64,000 nt of DNA from Pedobacter sp. (GCA_050253415.1 JBFWJC010000004.1:128001-192000), one strand, 5' to 3'. Numbered from the stretch's first letter, positions 24,654 through 35,172 are shown. A program made the numbers and translations. Notes: generated from the sequence alone by a model not told the origin.

Positions 24654-25500
24654 AAGAGTGCAAACCCGTCAACAGCAGATTAACGCCGAGGTAGCAGAAC
24701 AGAGTCGCCAGGAATCCACCTATGGCCAGCCAGACGGTAGCCCGCCCTGTCCAACCGCGGGTCAACCTGGCATGCAAAAAAGCTGCATAGATAAACCAGA
24801 CGATCAGACTCCAGGTTTCCTTGGGATCCCAGCTCCAGTAGCGCCCCCAGGCATAGTTGGCCCAGGCCGCTCCGGTAACAATACCAACGGTCCAGATGGG
24901 AAAACCAACCGCTACGGCGCGATAATTAACATCATCCAGAACCTCGCAATCGGGGAAAAGATTTAAAAAACCTCGCCATCTTCCAACACCCCGATCATTC
25001 CCATGCACAGTCTGTTTCAGCAGATACATCACCGATACACAAAAAGACATGGCAAACGCACCATAAGCCAGAAAACAACTGATCACATGGTAGGTCAGCC
25101 ATCGACTGCGCAGTGCCGGCATCAGCGGCTCGATAGCATCACGCCCGGACAGCTGAGCCCAGCCCATGCAAACCAGAACCAGCGGCAGCACAAATACGCC
25201 GAGTACCCTGCGCCGCAGCCTCAGATCAAGCAGTAAAAAGGCGAGCACAATGGCCCAGCCGAAAAACACCACGGACTCGTAGAAATTAGCAAACGGCGCA
25301 TGCCCTACCCCACCCGGCAACTGATAGGATTCGTACCAACGCAGACCAATGCCGGCACCATGACTGATAAACCCAAGCCAGGTAAACCCGACACCAATGC
25401 GCCCCAAAACTTCCCTGTGCAAGGCGGCATAGGTTACCATTAACCAAAATGCTAAAAAATAGGCGCTGGTGGCCCCGCTGAGCAAATTGAAGCTGGTCAT
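24643..25500 (-). CDS. System II cytochrome c biogenesis protein CcsA/ResC
   Basis: WWD domain WANYAWGRYWSWDPKE and conserved His residues (GLHSY). Confidence 0.93.
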   Translation of the reverse strand: MTSFNLLSGATSAYFLAFWLMVTYAALHREVLGRIGVGFTWLGFISHGAGIGLRWYESYQLPGGVGHAPFANFYESVVFFGWAIVLAFLLLDLRLRRRVLGVFVLPLVLVCMGWAQLSGRDAIEPLMPALRSRWLTYHVISCFLAYGAFAMSFCVSVMYLLKQTVHGNDRGVGRWRGFLNLFPDCEVLDDVNYRAVAVGFPIWTVGIVTGAAWANYAWGRYWSWDPKETWSLIVWFIYAAFLHARLTRGWTGRATVWLAIGGFLATLFCYLGVNLLLTGLHSYGG

Positions 25501-26903
25501 GGCTGCTCCTTCGATACACCCTGCTGCAGATCACGGCAAAGGTTTTCAAATCGTTGTGCAAAAGCTTCCTGGTGACGGTGGGCGTGACCTGCGAAAAGAA
25601 CACGCGTCGCACCGTTTTCTTCCTGTAATTGAACCCACAGACGCTGATGAGAAAAATAAAAGGCTGCCAATGTCCCGGCCACCAGCAGCAGGCACCCCAA
25701 CCAGACAAGCGGCACACCAGGGTCGCTATTAACCTGCAAGCCGGTATAAAAACGCTGGTCGATAGACAGCAAACGAAACCCGTAAGGGGCATTGCGATCC
25801 CCTGAAATAAGTTCAGGATCGTGGAACGCCATGGCGCGACCACGCTCGCCGTCAGGATAGAATATTTCGAGGCCGGCGACCGGGCCTTGACCATCAAAAT
25901 CGGCAACATACCCTGCAATAGCTACGGAGGTGCCATCAGGCAACGAGGCCGTCTTATCGGAGGACATCACCAGCTCAAAGGAATCGCCACCTGATTGCGG
26001 TGTGACCAAAAAACGAAACAGGTGGGCATCCACCCCGTAATCGGACTGATAAAAGGTCATGCCACGATAATGCAGGGGATGATTGACCCTGACCGGCACC
26101 CGCACCTGACCCGGCACCTCGCGACCATTTTCGAGAATAGTCACAATACTTCGAAATTCGCGCGGCCGGTCACTGCCATCATAATAATCAATGCTGAACT
26201 GGTCACAACGCAGGCTGAAGCCCAGAGGTTTTATGCTTTGCGCTGCGGACAAGATCAGATGATCGACGGACTGCCCTTCAGCAACGGTCACATACCCCCG
26301 AAAACCCCACTTGCCACCAACCACGCCACCGAGCAGAATAATCAAAATGGCCAGGTGCGTGACATACGCACCAAGGCGTGACCAGGCCTGTCGATGAGCA
26401 AACAGCCAAACCACACCATCCTTTTCACTGCGCCGCACAGCGGCAAAACGACTGCGCATAATGTGGGTCAAACTTTGCGCAACAACCTCAACAGACCCGG
26501 ATTCTTGCCAGGTGCAATAATGCGAACGGCTCTGCAATCGGCTAGCGGATGGGGTCAAATCAGGGGTCTTTATCTGCTTCCAGACACCGGGTAAACGATG
26601 CACGGAACAGGCTGTCAGATTGACGGCAAACAACCCCAGCAATCCCAAGAACCACCATGAATGGTACATATCGTGAAGCTGCAGCAATTGAATGATACGC
26701 GCAGCAACCGGGCCGAGACGCTGTTGATATTCGGACAAGGGAAGATTCTGCGGCAGCAAGGTTCCGAGAACCGAACCTCCCGCCAGCAGAAAGAGTGTCA
26801 CAAGGGTTAGCTTGAGGGAACGCAGATAGTTCCACAGGGTCGCATGTAAGAGGGAAAAACATCCTGGATTCATGACCGCTCCTGGTGGACGGCGCTGCGC
26901 CAC
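25497..26903 (-). CDS. System II cytochrome c biogenesis protein CcsB/ResB
   Basis: GTLLPQ, YHSWWF, VNHPL, FYQSDY and YTGLQV motifs; adjacent to resC. Confidence 0.9.
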   Translation of the reverse strand: MAQRRPPGAVMNPGCFSLLHATLWNYLRSLKLTLVTLFLLAGGSVLGTLLPQNLPLSEYQQRLGPVAARIIQLLQLHDMYHSWWFLGLLGLFAVNLTACSVHRLPGVWKQIKTPDLTPSASRLQSRSHYCTWQESGSVEVVAQSLTHIMRSRFAAVRRSEKDGVVWLFAHRQAWSRLGAYVTHLAILIILLGGVVGGKWGFRGYVTVAEGQSVDHLILSAAQSIKPLGFSLRCDQFSIDYYDGSDRPREFRSIVTILENGREVPGQVRVPVRVNHPLHYRGMTFYQSDYGVDAHLFRFLVTPQSGGDSFELVMSSDKTASLPDGTSVAIAGYVADFDGQGPVAGLEIFYPDGERGRAMAFHDPELISGDRNAPYGFRLLSIDQRFYTGLQVNSDPGVPLVWLGCLLLVAGTLAAFYFSHQRLWVQLQEENGATRVLFAGHAHRHQEAFAQRFENLCRDLQQGVSKEQP

Positions 26904-26952
26904 TTATAGATAAGGAAGGCCGGAATGCCCCAAAGACATCCCGGCTAGGGGT

Positions 26953-27471
26953 TCAAAAACCGTCGCGAGCCAAGCGCTGCTGCAAAGCCTCGGCTTTGGC
27001 TTCCACGCCAGCGGCAAGTTCCTGTTTGAAGGCAGCAAGGCTTTCCGTCATCACCGGGTCGTTTCCGGCAATGATCTGCGCCGCAAAGATCCCGGCATTA
27101 CGGGCTCCGGCCTTGCCGATTGCCATCGTTGCCACCGGGATACCGGCGGGCATCTGTACCGTGGCAAGCAATGCATCCAGCCCCTTGAGAGCCGAAGCGT
27201 CGACCGGCACACCGATTACAGGCAGGGTTGATTCTGCTGCCACAACTCCGGCCAGATGGGCGGCGGCGCCGGCACCGACAATCAACACACGCAGGCCGCG
27301 ATCACGGGCACTGCGGGCATACTCGGCGGTTCGGTGCGGAGATCGGTGGGCACTCGACACGGTCATTTCAAAGGGGATATCAAAACGCTGAAGGGCGCGG
27401 GCCGCCTCGACCATAATATCGTAATCACTGTCGCTGCCCATGAGGATACCAACCAGCGGCTTGTCTTTCAT
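26953..27471 (-). CDS. purE: N5-CAIR mutase
   Basis: MGSDSD, SAHRSP, GAAAHLAG and QMPAGIPVAT motifs. Confidence 0.97.
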   Translation of the reverse strand: MKDKPLVGILMGSDSDYDIMVEAARALQRFDIPFEMTVSSAHRSPHRTAEYARSARDRGLRVLIVGAGAAAHLAGVVAAESTLPVIGVPVDASALKGLDALLATVQMPAGIPVATMAIGKAGARNAGIFAAQIIAGNDPVMTESLAAFKQELAAGVEAKAEALQQRLARDGF

Positions 27472-27573
27472 AATAAGGATTCTCCTGATAGCTATTTATA
27501 CAAGTCAGGTAGCCCAAAACCTTTTATCCCAAAAATCCCGGGAATCGCAAAGGCCATTCGGGACTTAAGTTGT

Positions 27574-28845
27574 CTATCGATTCAGTGCCTTACGCCCGAT
27601 ATCGCTGCGATAGTGCACATCCTGCCAATGAATGGCCTTGACCCCCTGATAGGCACGGTCGATAGCTTCCGCAACGGTACTGCCAAGACCGGTAACGCCC
27701 AGGACGCGCCCGCCGGCGGTCACAATCTTGTCATTTTGCATGGTGGTACCGGCATGGAACACCACCACATCCTCAATACCGGCTGCGGCATCAAGGCCTT
27801 CGATAACCTGCCCTTTGGCATAATCGCCCGGATACCCGCCGGCAGCCATGACCACGCACACCGCAGCCTTGTCATGCCACTCCAATTCGATACCGGACAA
27901 ATCGCCGCGGGCGCAAGCCAGCAAAACCGGCACCAGGTCGGACTTGAGCCGCGCCAGCAACGGCTGGGTTTCGGGATCGCCGAACCGTGCGTTGAATTCC
28001 AGCACCTTGAGTTCGCCGTCCTTAACCATGACTCCGGCATACAGGATGCTGCTGTACAAACGTCCTTCGGCAGCCATGCCGGCGATGGTCGGCTTGAGCA
28101 CCTGCTCAATGATTTTATCGTGGATAGCCTGCGTTACCACCGGTGCGGGAGAATAGGCTCCCATACCACCGGTATTGGGACCGGTATCTCCGTCGTAAGC
28201 CGCTTTGTGGTCCTGGGACGAGGCCAGCGGCACAATGCGCTCGCCATCGGTAAAGGCCAGAAAGGAAGCCTCTTCCCCTTCGAGAAATTCCTCGATGACC
28301 ACGCGTGCACCGGCACTGCCAAACGCGCCATCGCAAAGGATCGATCCCACCGCAGCAACCGCTTCTTCAACGGTTGCCGCAAGAATCACCCCTTTACCGG
28401 CGGCCAGCCCATCGGCCTTGACCACGATAGGTGCGCCATGCTGCTCAATAAAAGCCACAGCCTCATCACGATCGGTAAAAGTCCCGTAAGACGCCGTCGG
28501 CACCCCGTACTTGGCCATCAGGTCTTTGGAAAAGCTCTTGCTGCCTTCGATCAGGGCCGCCGCACGTGTCGCGCCGAACACCGTCAGACCGGCCTCGCGA
28601 AAACGATCCACCAATCCCAAGGTCAAGGGCAGTTCTGGACCGACAACGGTAAGATCAATCTTCTGCTGTTGAGCGAAATCAAGCAATCCGTCAACATCAT
28701 CGACCTTAAGGGCAACACACTTCGCAAGGCTGGCGATACCGGCATTACCAGGCGCACAAAAAACCTCCCTCACCAAAGGAGACTGAGCGATCTTCCATAC
28801 CAGTGCGTGCTCGCGCCCACCGCTGCCGATTACGAGAACTTTCAT
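27574..28845 (-). CDS. purD: Phosphoribosylamine-glycine ligase
   Basis: GSGGREHAL, GPNTGGMG and EFNARFGDPE motifs. Confidence 0.97.
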   Translation of the reverse strand: MKVLVIGSGGREHALVWKIAQSPLVREVFCAPGNAGIASLAKCVALKVDDVDGLLDFAQQQKIDLTVVGPELPLTLGLVDRFREAGLTVFGATRAAALIEGSKSFSKDLMAKYGVPTASYGTFTDRDEAVAFIEQHGAPIVVKADGLAAGKGVILAATVEEAVAAVGSILCDGAFGSAGARVVIEEFLEGEEASFLAFTDGERIVPLASSQDHKAAYDGDTGPNTGGMGAYSPAPVVTQAIHDKIIEQVLKPTIAGMAAEGRLYSSILYAGVMVKDGELKVLEFNARFGDPETQPLLARLKSDLVPVLLACARGDLSGIELEWHDKAAVCVVMAAGGYPGDYAKGQVIEGLDAAAGIEDVVVFHAGTTMQNDKIVTAGGRVLGVTGLGSTVAEAIDRAYQGVKAIHWQDVHYRSDIGRKALNR

Positions 28846-28962
28846 TGTTTATTTAGCCTTTCTTTAAAATCCAAAACTGCTTCCGATGCATAAACCCAGC
28901 GGAAAAACAGGTGTTAAGTGATTGGTAATTAGTGACAAGTGAATAGTAACCCCGAAAACATT

Positions 28963-29040
28963 CTTGTCACTTGTCACTTGTCACTTGTCACTTGTCACTT
29001 GTCACTTGTCACTTGTCACTTGTCACTTGTCACTTGTCAC
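28963..29040. repeat. Perfect heptamer tandem repeat (CTTGTCA)x11
   Basis: Counted directly: 11 units at 28963-29039 plus a C, between purH and purD. Confidence 0.97.
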
Positions 29041-29045
29041 GGCTC

Positions 29046-30611
29046 TTAGTGCCGGAAATGCCGCATGCCGGTAAAGACCATGGCGATACCGTGTTCGTCG
29101 GCAGCAGCGATAACTTCTTCGTCACGAATCGAACCGCCCGGCTGGATTACAGCCTTGATTCCGGCCTTGGCGGCATTGTCCAGGCCGTCGCGGAACGGGA
29201 AGAAAGCATCCGACGCCATCACCGAACCGGGTACCACCAGTCCCGCCAGATCGGCCTTGATAGCAGCGATACGAGCGGAATTGACACGACTCATCTGACC
29301 AGCGCCGACGCCAATGGTCATGCCGTCCTTACCGTACACGATGGCGTTGGACTTGACGAACTTGGCTACGCGCCAGGTGAACAGCAGATCCCGCATTTCA
29401 TCCTCGGTCGGGATGCGCTTGGTCACGGTTTTAATATCGCCGCTCAGCAGCAGGTCGGCGTCCTGCACCAACAGGCCACCATTGACCCGCTTGAAATCGT
29501 AGCGATTACCCGGCTGCTGCGGCCAGTAACCGCATACCAGCAAGCGCACGTTTTTCTTGGCAGCGATAATTTCGATAGCTTCGGTGGATACCGCCGGAGC
29601 GATGATCACCTCAACGAACTGGCGATCAACGATGGCTTGGGCGGTGGCGCCATCCAGATCCTGGTTAAAAGCGATGATGCCGCCAAAAGCGGATTCCGGA
29701 TCGGTGGAAAAGGCACGGTTATAAGCATCCAGCAGGGTGTTGCCAAGCGCGACGCCGCAAGGGTTGGCGTGTTTGACGATGACACACGCCGGTCCTTCAT
29801 CGAATTGCTTGACGCATTCCAGAGCGGCATCGGTATCGGCGATATTGTTATAGGAAAGCTCCTTGCCCTGCAACTGGCGAGCAGTGGAAATACTGGCTTC
29901 CTGTACGTCTCGCTCGACGTAAAAAGCGGCCTTCTGGTGGGGATTCTCGCCATAACGCATATCCTGCACTTTTTTGTACTGCAGGGTCAGGGTGTCCGAA
30001 AAATCTTCCAGCTCATCTCCGATGCGCTGTCCCAGCCAGTTAGAGATGGCACCGTCGTAAGCGGCGGTGTGCTGATAAACCTTAACGGCCAGTTTAAAGT
30101 TGGTACCCCGCGAAACAGCCCCACAGCTGCCTTTCATCTCGCCCAACACCTGGGCATAGTCGGCATGATCGACGACAACCGTAACGTCCCGGTTGTTCTT
30201 GGCCGCGCTGCGCAGCATGGTCGGTCCGCCAATGTCGATATTTTCGATAGCATCCTCGAGGCTGCAATCGGGTTTGGCAACCGTTGCTTCGAAGGGGTAG
30301 AGATTCACCACCACCATATCGATCGGTTCGATGCCGTGTTCCTTCATCTTGGCCACATGTGCCGGATTCTCACGCATACCGAGCAGGCCGCCGTGCACCT
30401 TGGGATGCAGGGTCTTTACCCGACCATCGAGCATCTCGGGAAAACCGGTGTATTCCGAAACATCCTTAACGGTGAGGCCTTCCTGCCGCAACAAAGAGGC
30501 GGTCCCCCCCGTCGAAAGGATTTCAACTCCAAAACCCGACAGTTCCCTGGCGAATTCGACAATACCGGTTTTATCCGAAACACTGATCAATGCACGTTTG
30601 ATGACGGCCAT
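29046..30611 (-). CDS. purH: Bifunctional AICAR transformylase/IMP cyclohydrolase
   Basis: [28 protein letters not shown] and GMRHFRH motifs. Start trimmed to MAVIKR. Confidence 0.97.
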   Translation of the reverse strand: MAVIKRALISVSDKTGIVEFARELSGFGVEILSTGGTASLLRQEGLTVKDVSEYTGFPEMLDGRVKTLHPKVHGGLLGMRENPAHVAKMKEHGIEPIDMVVVNLYPFEATVAKPDCSLEDAIENIDIGGPTMLRSAAKNNRDVTVVVDHADYAQVLGEMKGSCGAVSRGTNFKLAVKVYQHTAAYDGAISNWLGQRIGDELEDFSDTLTLQYKKVQDMRYGENPHQKAAFYVERDVQEASISTARQLQGKELSYNNIADTDAALECVKQFDEGPACVIVKHANPCGVALGNTLLDAYNRAFSTDPESAFGGIIAFNQDLDGATAQAIVDRQFVEVIIAPAVSTEAIEIIAAKKNVRLLVCGYWPQQPGNRYDFKRVNGGLLVQDADLLLSGDIKTVTKRIPTEDEMRDLLFTWRVAKFVKSNAIVYGKDGMTIGVGAGQMSRVNSARIAAIKADLAGLVVPGSVMASDAFFPFRDGLDNAAKAGIKAVIQPGGSIRDEEVIAAADEHGIAMVFTGMRHFRH

Positions 30612-30726
30612 GATGCAATCCTTTCCTACTTTAAATACGAATACAGACGCCATTTCGGGCCAAAAAGCCGGATTCGCGTCAACCTTTAGGGCAAAAAAAC
30701 AAAAAAACCGTCATCTCGGCGGTTTT

Positions 30727-31959
30727 CTAGAAATTCATAGCGGTAATAAATGCTTTTTCAAAAGCCGGGGTCCCCGAAAGAGGCAATGGTTGCAATGCTG
30801 CAGCCAACCGTTGTACGTTTTCAGATCCTTGCGCATCCAGCAACCATCGTCCGACTCCGGCCAGCACCCCAGCCTTCGCAAAGCGTACTTTATCTACCAT
30901 GTTTTCCGGGAGCATGGCAACCCTTTTCAAAACCTGCCTGGACATGGAAAAACCGAAGGCGCCTGTGAGCGTAACCTTCTCCACGGCGGCAGATTCCAAT
31001 CCCGCACGCTGCAGCAGACATTCGGTACCGGCCAATACGGCGGCCTTTGCCAGCTGAAAATTACGCACATCCTGCTGGGCTATCAATACGTCGATCGCCG
31101 CATCGCGGTACAGGCGCAGAGCTCTTCCCTGCGGAGTCTCGACGATGTACCGGGACAGATTGGTCGGGACTTCGAGAGGGTCGACGATGGTTCCATGCCT
31201 ATCGATAAGGCCGCCATCCAGAGCGGCCGCCAAAGTCGCAGCCAGGCCGCTGCCGCACACACCGCGCGGCACGCCCCCGTCGATCACCGTCAAATGCAGA
31301 GCATCGTCGATGATCGACACATCGCTTATGGCTCCGGTCTGGGCAATCATGCCGCAGGAAATATCGCCCCCTTCAAAAGCCGGGCCGGCAGCCACGGAAG
31401 TCACACGCCAACGTCCGCCAGCGTACAGGGCCATTTCGCCATTGGTTCCGGCATCGAGGAAAAAACTCTTTTCCTGAACCTCGGCTTGTGCGTAGAGAAA
31501 GGCCACAAGGTCGCCACCGACATAACCGCTGACCAAAGGGAACAGGTACAAGGGCACCGACAGGCCAAGATCAAGCTGTTCGCAAGACAGGAAAACCGCC
31601 TCGCGACATGAGGGACGATGGGGAGGAAACAGAATCGAGGATACCGGCAGTCGGCGCATAAGATACACCATGCCCGGATTACCGGCGGCAGCCGCCGCAC
31701 CGATATCAACATTCCGCAATCCAGCCTGGGACAACAACGAACCGATAAGATCGCGCAGGCCCTCGCGCAGCAAAATCTGTAAGCGATCGCCCGATCCTTC
31801 AAGCGCCTGTTCCAGACGGCGCATGATGTCGGCCCCCAGGACCGCCTGGGGATTAAGCAGACGCGCTTCGGCCAAAACCCTGCCGTCGGCATCGAGCAGA
31901 CGACCGGCCAGCGTGGTGGTACCAAGATCGAGCGCCAGCAGATATTGGCCGTATACCAT
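30727..31959 (-). CDS. ASKHA-superfamily ATPase, RACo/DUF4445-like, lacking the N-terminal 2Fe-2S domain
   Basis: ALDLGTTT, NPQ..GAD, GYVGGD, DAGTNGE, AAGPAFEG, CGSG, QLAKAA and GAFG motifs. Confidence 0.82.
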   Translation of the reverse strand: MVYGQYLLALDLGTTTLAGRLLDADGRVLAEARLLNPQAVLGADIMRRLEQALEGSGDRLQILLREGLRDLIGSLLSQAGLRNVDIGAAAAAGNPGMVYLMRRLPVSSILFPPHRPSCREAVFLSCEQLDLGLSVPLYLFPLVSGYVGGDLVAFLYAQAEVQEKSFFLDAGTNGEMALYAGGRWRVTSVAAGPAFEGGDISCGMIAQTGAISDVSIIDDALHLTVIDGGVPRGVCGSGLAATLAAALDGGLIDRHGTIVDPLEVPTNLSRYIVETPQGRALRLYRDAAIDVLIAQQDVRNFQLAKAAVLAGTECLLQRAGLESAAVEKVTLTGAFGFSMSRQVLKRVAMLPENMVDKVRFAKAGVLAGVGRWLLDAQGSENVQRLAAALQPLPLSGTPAFEKAFITAMNF

Positions 31960-32026
31960 CCGCCCTCCCGGGAATACACCAAAAGTGCAAAACAACGTCC
32001 GGAGGATATCCAGACGACATGGTTAA

Positions 32027-33160
32027 TCAATCGCCGCGGTTGACGCGCGGCACTCGCTTGCTGAACTGACAGAACACTTCGTAGCTGATGGTGCCGATGC
32101 GCTGCGCCCATTCATCGGCAGAGATACACTGACCGTTGTCGCAACCAAGCAGGGTAACCTCGTCGCCCACCCTCACACCGGGTATATCGGTGACATCGAT
32201 CATGGTCCAGTCCATACAGACGGTGCCGGCCACTCGAGCGCGTTGTCCGCGCACCAGTACTTCACCCACATTCGATAAATGACGACTGTAACCATCGGCA
32301 TAACCGACAGGAATGACCGCCAGATCCGTCGGACGCTTGGCCACGAAACGATGCCCATAGGATACGCCGGTTCCTTCCGGCACCCGTCGCACCTGCGCCA
32401 CCCGGGTACGAAAACTCATCACCGGTCGCAAATCGAACCGACCGGCAAAAGCCGGACTGGGAAGACCACCGTAAAGCAAAATACCGGGGCGTGACAGGTT
32501 GCATTCGGGCACTTCCCGCGTCAACAAGGCGGCACTGTTGCTCAAATGAATATGGCGAGGCGCAAAACCGGCCTGTCGAACCAGGGCCAGACAGGATCGG
32601 AAAGTCGCCACCTGCTGCTGGTTGATAGAATCCTCCGGTTCATCCGCCATGGCGAGGTGCGAAAACACTCCGTCCATGCGCAACCCGGACAGTGATGCCA
32701 GCTCTTTCAGGGCTCCGGGAAGATCCTCGGGGCAAAAACCGACGCGGCTCATGCCGGTATCCAGCTTCAGGTGAAAAGGAAGCACCACTTTGGCTGACAG
32801 TGCCGCACTATTCAAGCGCCGTGCGACATCCATATCGAAAATAGTCGGGACCAGGCCAAAGTGCAGAAGCTCTTTCTCCTGACCGGGATAAAGTCCTCCA
32901 AGCACCAGAATCGGGCAGACCACTCCGGCCTCACGTAAAGCAACGCCTTCTTCGACGATGGCTACGCCAAACATCTGCACGCCGGCAGTCTGCAATGCCG
33001 TAGCAACGTGAGCAGCTCCGTGCCCATAGGCATCCGCCTTGACCACGGCAAGAATGCCCTGCCCCGGCCCAGCCAACTGTTGAGCCTGGTGAAAATTATG
33101 TTTTAATGCCTCAAGGTCGATTTCAACACGCGTGGGACGATGTCCCCAGGGATCGTTCAT
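32027..33160 (-). CDS. alr: Alanine racemase
   Basis: AVVKADAYGHG (PLP Lys), VSYG, GYADG and GTISYE motifs. Confidence 0.96.
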   Translation of the reverse strand: MNDPWGHRPTRVEIDLEALKHNFHQAQQLAGPGQGILAVVKADAYGHGAAHVATALQTAGVQMFGVAIVEEGVALREAGVVCPILVLGGLYPGQEKELLHFGLVPTIFDMDVARRLNSAALSAKVVLPFHLKLDTGMSRVGFCPEDLPGALKELASLSGLRMDGVFSHLAMADEPEDSINQQQVATFRSCLALVRQAGFAPRHIHLSNSAALLTREVPECNLSRPGILLYGGLPSPAFAGRFDLRPVMSFRTRVAQVRRVPEGTGVSYGHRFVAKRPTDLAVIPVGYADGYSRHLSNVGEVLVRGQRARVAGTVCMDWTMIDVTDIPGVRVGDEVTLLGCDNGQCISADEWAQRIGTISYEVFCQFSKRVPRVNRGD

Positions 33161-33401
33161 GACGGCTTATTCCTGGATCTGGATATAAATCGGTCGAATA
33201 GGGACCGAAGACAAAACGGAAAATTCGACAGAGCCAGAGCACCACCCGATCTGCAGCGCACGGCCTGACAGTTATATTGGGAAGGCCCTGCCTCCGAATG
33301 GCAGCAGGTTACGAATCCGTGAAAACTACTTAGCACGACACCCCAGGCCTGTAAAGTGCAAAACTGTCTTTTGCTCCACCCACCGGAAGCAGGGGGGTTG
33401 C

Positions 33402-33430
33402 TTGACAGGCAAAACAGCATTCGCTAGAGT
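33402..33430 (+). promoter_or_regulatory. sigma70 promoter of the thiamine operon
   Basis: TTGACA (33402-33407), 17-nt spacer, TAGAGT (33425-33430), upstream of the TPP riboswitch. Confidence 0.6.
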
Positions 33431-33553
33431 GACTGCGATTTTCTACCACGCAGAGCAATACCAACTTAAACGCTATTATTTTACTTTACATGATACGCTG
33501 GTAACGTATTAAAATAAACGAGCGTATACAGATTTATCCTGTAGACGAACATA

Positions 33554-33644
33554 ACCGCTAGGGGCGTCTTTGTACTGAGAATTCCGTGTAACACGGGATA
33601 ACCCTTGGAACCTGACCCGGGTGATGCCGGCGTAGGGAAGCGGT
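33554..33644 (+). ncRNA. TPP riboswitch aptamer (THI element)
   Basis: P1 ACCGCT/AGCGGT, GGGG...CTGAGA, ACCC, AACCTGA..CGGGTGATGCCGGCGTAGGGAA; directly upstream of thiamine genes. Confidence 0.93.
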
Positions 33645-33664
33645 GTCGCAAGGCAATAGTGATG

Positions 33665-33700
33665 ATCGTCACGTGCTTTCCGGCCGTGGCGATTTTTTAT
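33665..33700 (+). terminator. Terminator of the TPP riboswitch expression platform
   Basis: ATCGTCACG...CGTGGCGAT stem (with G-U pair) followed by TTTTTAT, between the aptamer and the start codon. Confidence 0.7.
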
Positions 33701-33718
33701 ATCCAACAAGAGGCCCTC

Positions 33719-35158
33719 ATGAAAAACAGACAGATTCAAGGTCTGTATCTCATCACCGACGATTCCCATGGCGATCAGTTGCAGGCCAAACTTGTTGCCG
33801 CCTTGAAGGGTGGCACCCGCATCGTTCAGTACCGGGGCAAACATCGACCGGCAGCGGAGCAGCGGCAGGATGCCCTGATGATTCGCACACTGTGCCAACA
33901 GGCCGGTGCATGCTTTATCGTCAACGACGATCCATACCTGGCTCTTGACTGCCAGGCCGATGGCGTACATCTGGGCCAGCAGGATATGAGCATTGCCGAG
34001 GCCCGCGCTATCCTGGGACCGGATAAAATCATCGGCACCTCCAACCGAAGCGCCGAACAGGCTGTCGCCTCGCAAAATGCCGGTGCCGACTACGTTGCTG
34101 TCGGCAGTATTTATCCCACCGACAGTAAACACGATGCCGTGCATATCGGCCTCGACGTTTTGCGTGACATCCGGCAGGCCGTCGAGGTTCCCCTGGTGGC
34201 CATAGGTGGTATCGACCGCGACCGGGCAAGCGACGTTATCGATGCGGGCGCCGACGCCATCGCTCTGATTTCCGCCGTCATGGCCGACCCCAGTCCCGCC
34301 TTGGCCGCACGGGAAATCGCCCTGCAGTTCAACCGCCGAGCCCCCGTGCCACGCGGCCGGATATTGACCGTAGCCGGTTCCGACAGCGGAGGCGGCGCGG
34401 GTATTCAGGCCGATCTCAAAACCATTACCCTGCTGGGTGGCTACGGCATGAGCGTCATCACCGCCCTGACCGCGCAGAATACCTGTGGCGTACGGGGCAT
34501 CTATCCCGTCCCGCCCGCTTTTGTCGGTGAACAACTGGTGGCGGTGCTTGAAGATCTTGCCCCGGAAGTGGTCAAGACCGGCATGCTGCTCGATTCCGCC
34601 ATCGTGTTTCTGGTCGCCCAGGCACTGGAGGATTATGGCCTGTTGGCAGTGGTCGATCCGGTCATGGTCGCCAAAGGCGGCGCCCTGCTGCTGCGCGAAG
34701 AGGCTACCATAGCCTGCCTCGACCACCTGCTGCCGCATACCTATCTGCTCACCCCCAACCTGCCGGAAGCCGAGGAGTTAACCGGATTGCAGATACATAC
34801 GGAAGCGGACATGGAAAAAGCCGCCCGGCGCCTGCAACAACTTGGCGCGCGCAACGTTCTGCTTAAAGGGGGCCATCTCGATGGCGAAGCCGTCGATCTG
34901 TTGCTCGATGGCGAGACCTTGCATCGGCTGCCGGAAAAACGTATCGACAGCCGCAACACTCACGGCACCGGCTGCACAAGTTCCGCTGCCATCGCAGCCC
35001 TGCTGGCAGCCGGGCATCCTCTGCCGCAGGCGGTAAGGCTGGCCAAAGAATTCATTACCGAAGCGATCCGTACTGCCCCCGATCTCGGCACCGGGCACGG
35101 ACCGGTCAATCACTTCGCCGCTGCCAAATACCTGCTGAACAAAATCGAAGGACTATAA
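33719..35158 (+). CDS. thiDE: Fused thiamine-phosphate synthase (ThiE) and HMP/HMP-P kinase (ThiD)
   Basis: N-terminal QYRGK, VNDD, GVHLGQQD and VAIGGI. C-terminal AGSDSGGGAGIQADLK, DPVM and HGTGCT. Start at MKNRQ. Confidence 0.93.
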   Translation: MKNRQIQGLYLITDDSHGDQLQAKLVAALKGGTRIVQYRGKHRPAAEQRQDALMIRTLCQQAGACFIVNDDPYLALDCQADGVHLGQQDMSIAEARAILGPDKIIGTSNRSAEQAVASQNAGADYVAVGSIYPTDSKHDAVHIGLDVLRDIRQAVEVPLVAIGGIDRDRASDVIDAGADAIALISAVMADPSPALAAREIALQFNRRAPVPRGRILTVAGSDSGGGAGIQADLKTITLLGGYGMSVITALTAQNTCGVRGIYPVPPAFVGEQLVAVLEDLAPEVVKTGMLLDSAIVFLVAQALEDYGLLAVVDPVMVAKGGALLLREEATIACLDHLLPHTYLLTPNLPEAEELTGLQIHTEADMEKAARRLQQLGARNVLLKGGHLDGEAVDLLLDGETLHRLPEKRIDSRNTHGTGCTSSAAIAALLAAGHPLPQAVRLAKEFITEAIRTAPDLGTGHGPVNHFAAAKYLLNKIEGL

Positions 35159-35172
35159 ATTGCCGATAGAGC

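Noticed and set aside
27256..28893. 545-aa plus-strand ORF
   Set aside because: Antisense to purD/purE with no recognisable motifs; typical shadow ORF of GC-rich genes.
28963..29040. Possible CRISPR array
   Set aside because: 7-nt units with no spacers and no cas genes nearby.
28971..30689. 572-aa plus-strand ORF starting with (SLVTCHL)n
   Set aside because: Antisense shadow of purH; its N-terminus is simply the translated heptamer repeat.
30331..31611. 426-aa plus-strand ORF
   Set aside because: Antisense to purH and the ASKHA gene, both of which are well supported.
33509..34738. 409-aa minus-strand ORF
   Set aside because: Antisense to thiDE and the TPP riboswitch; no family motifs.
33719..35158. 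ThiE-ThiD fusion as a novelty
   Set aside because: Such fusions are already well known.
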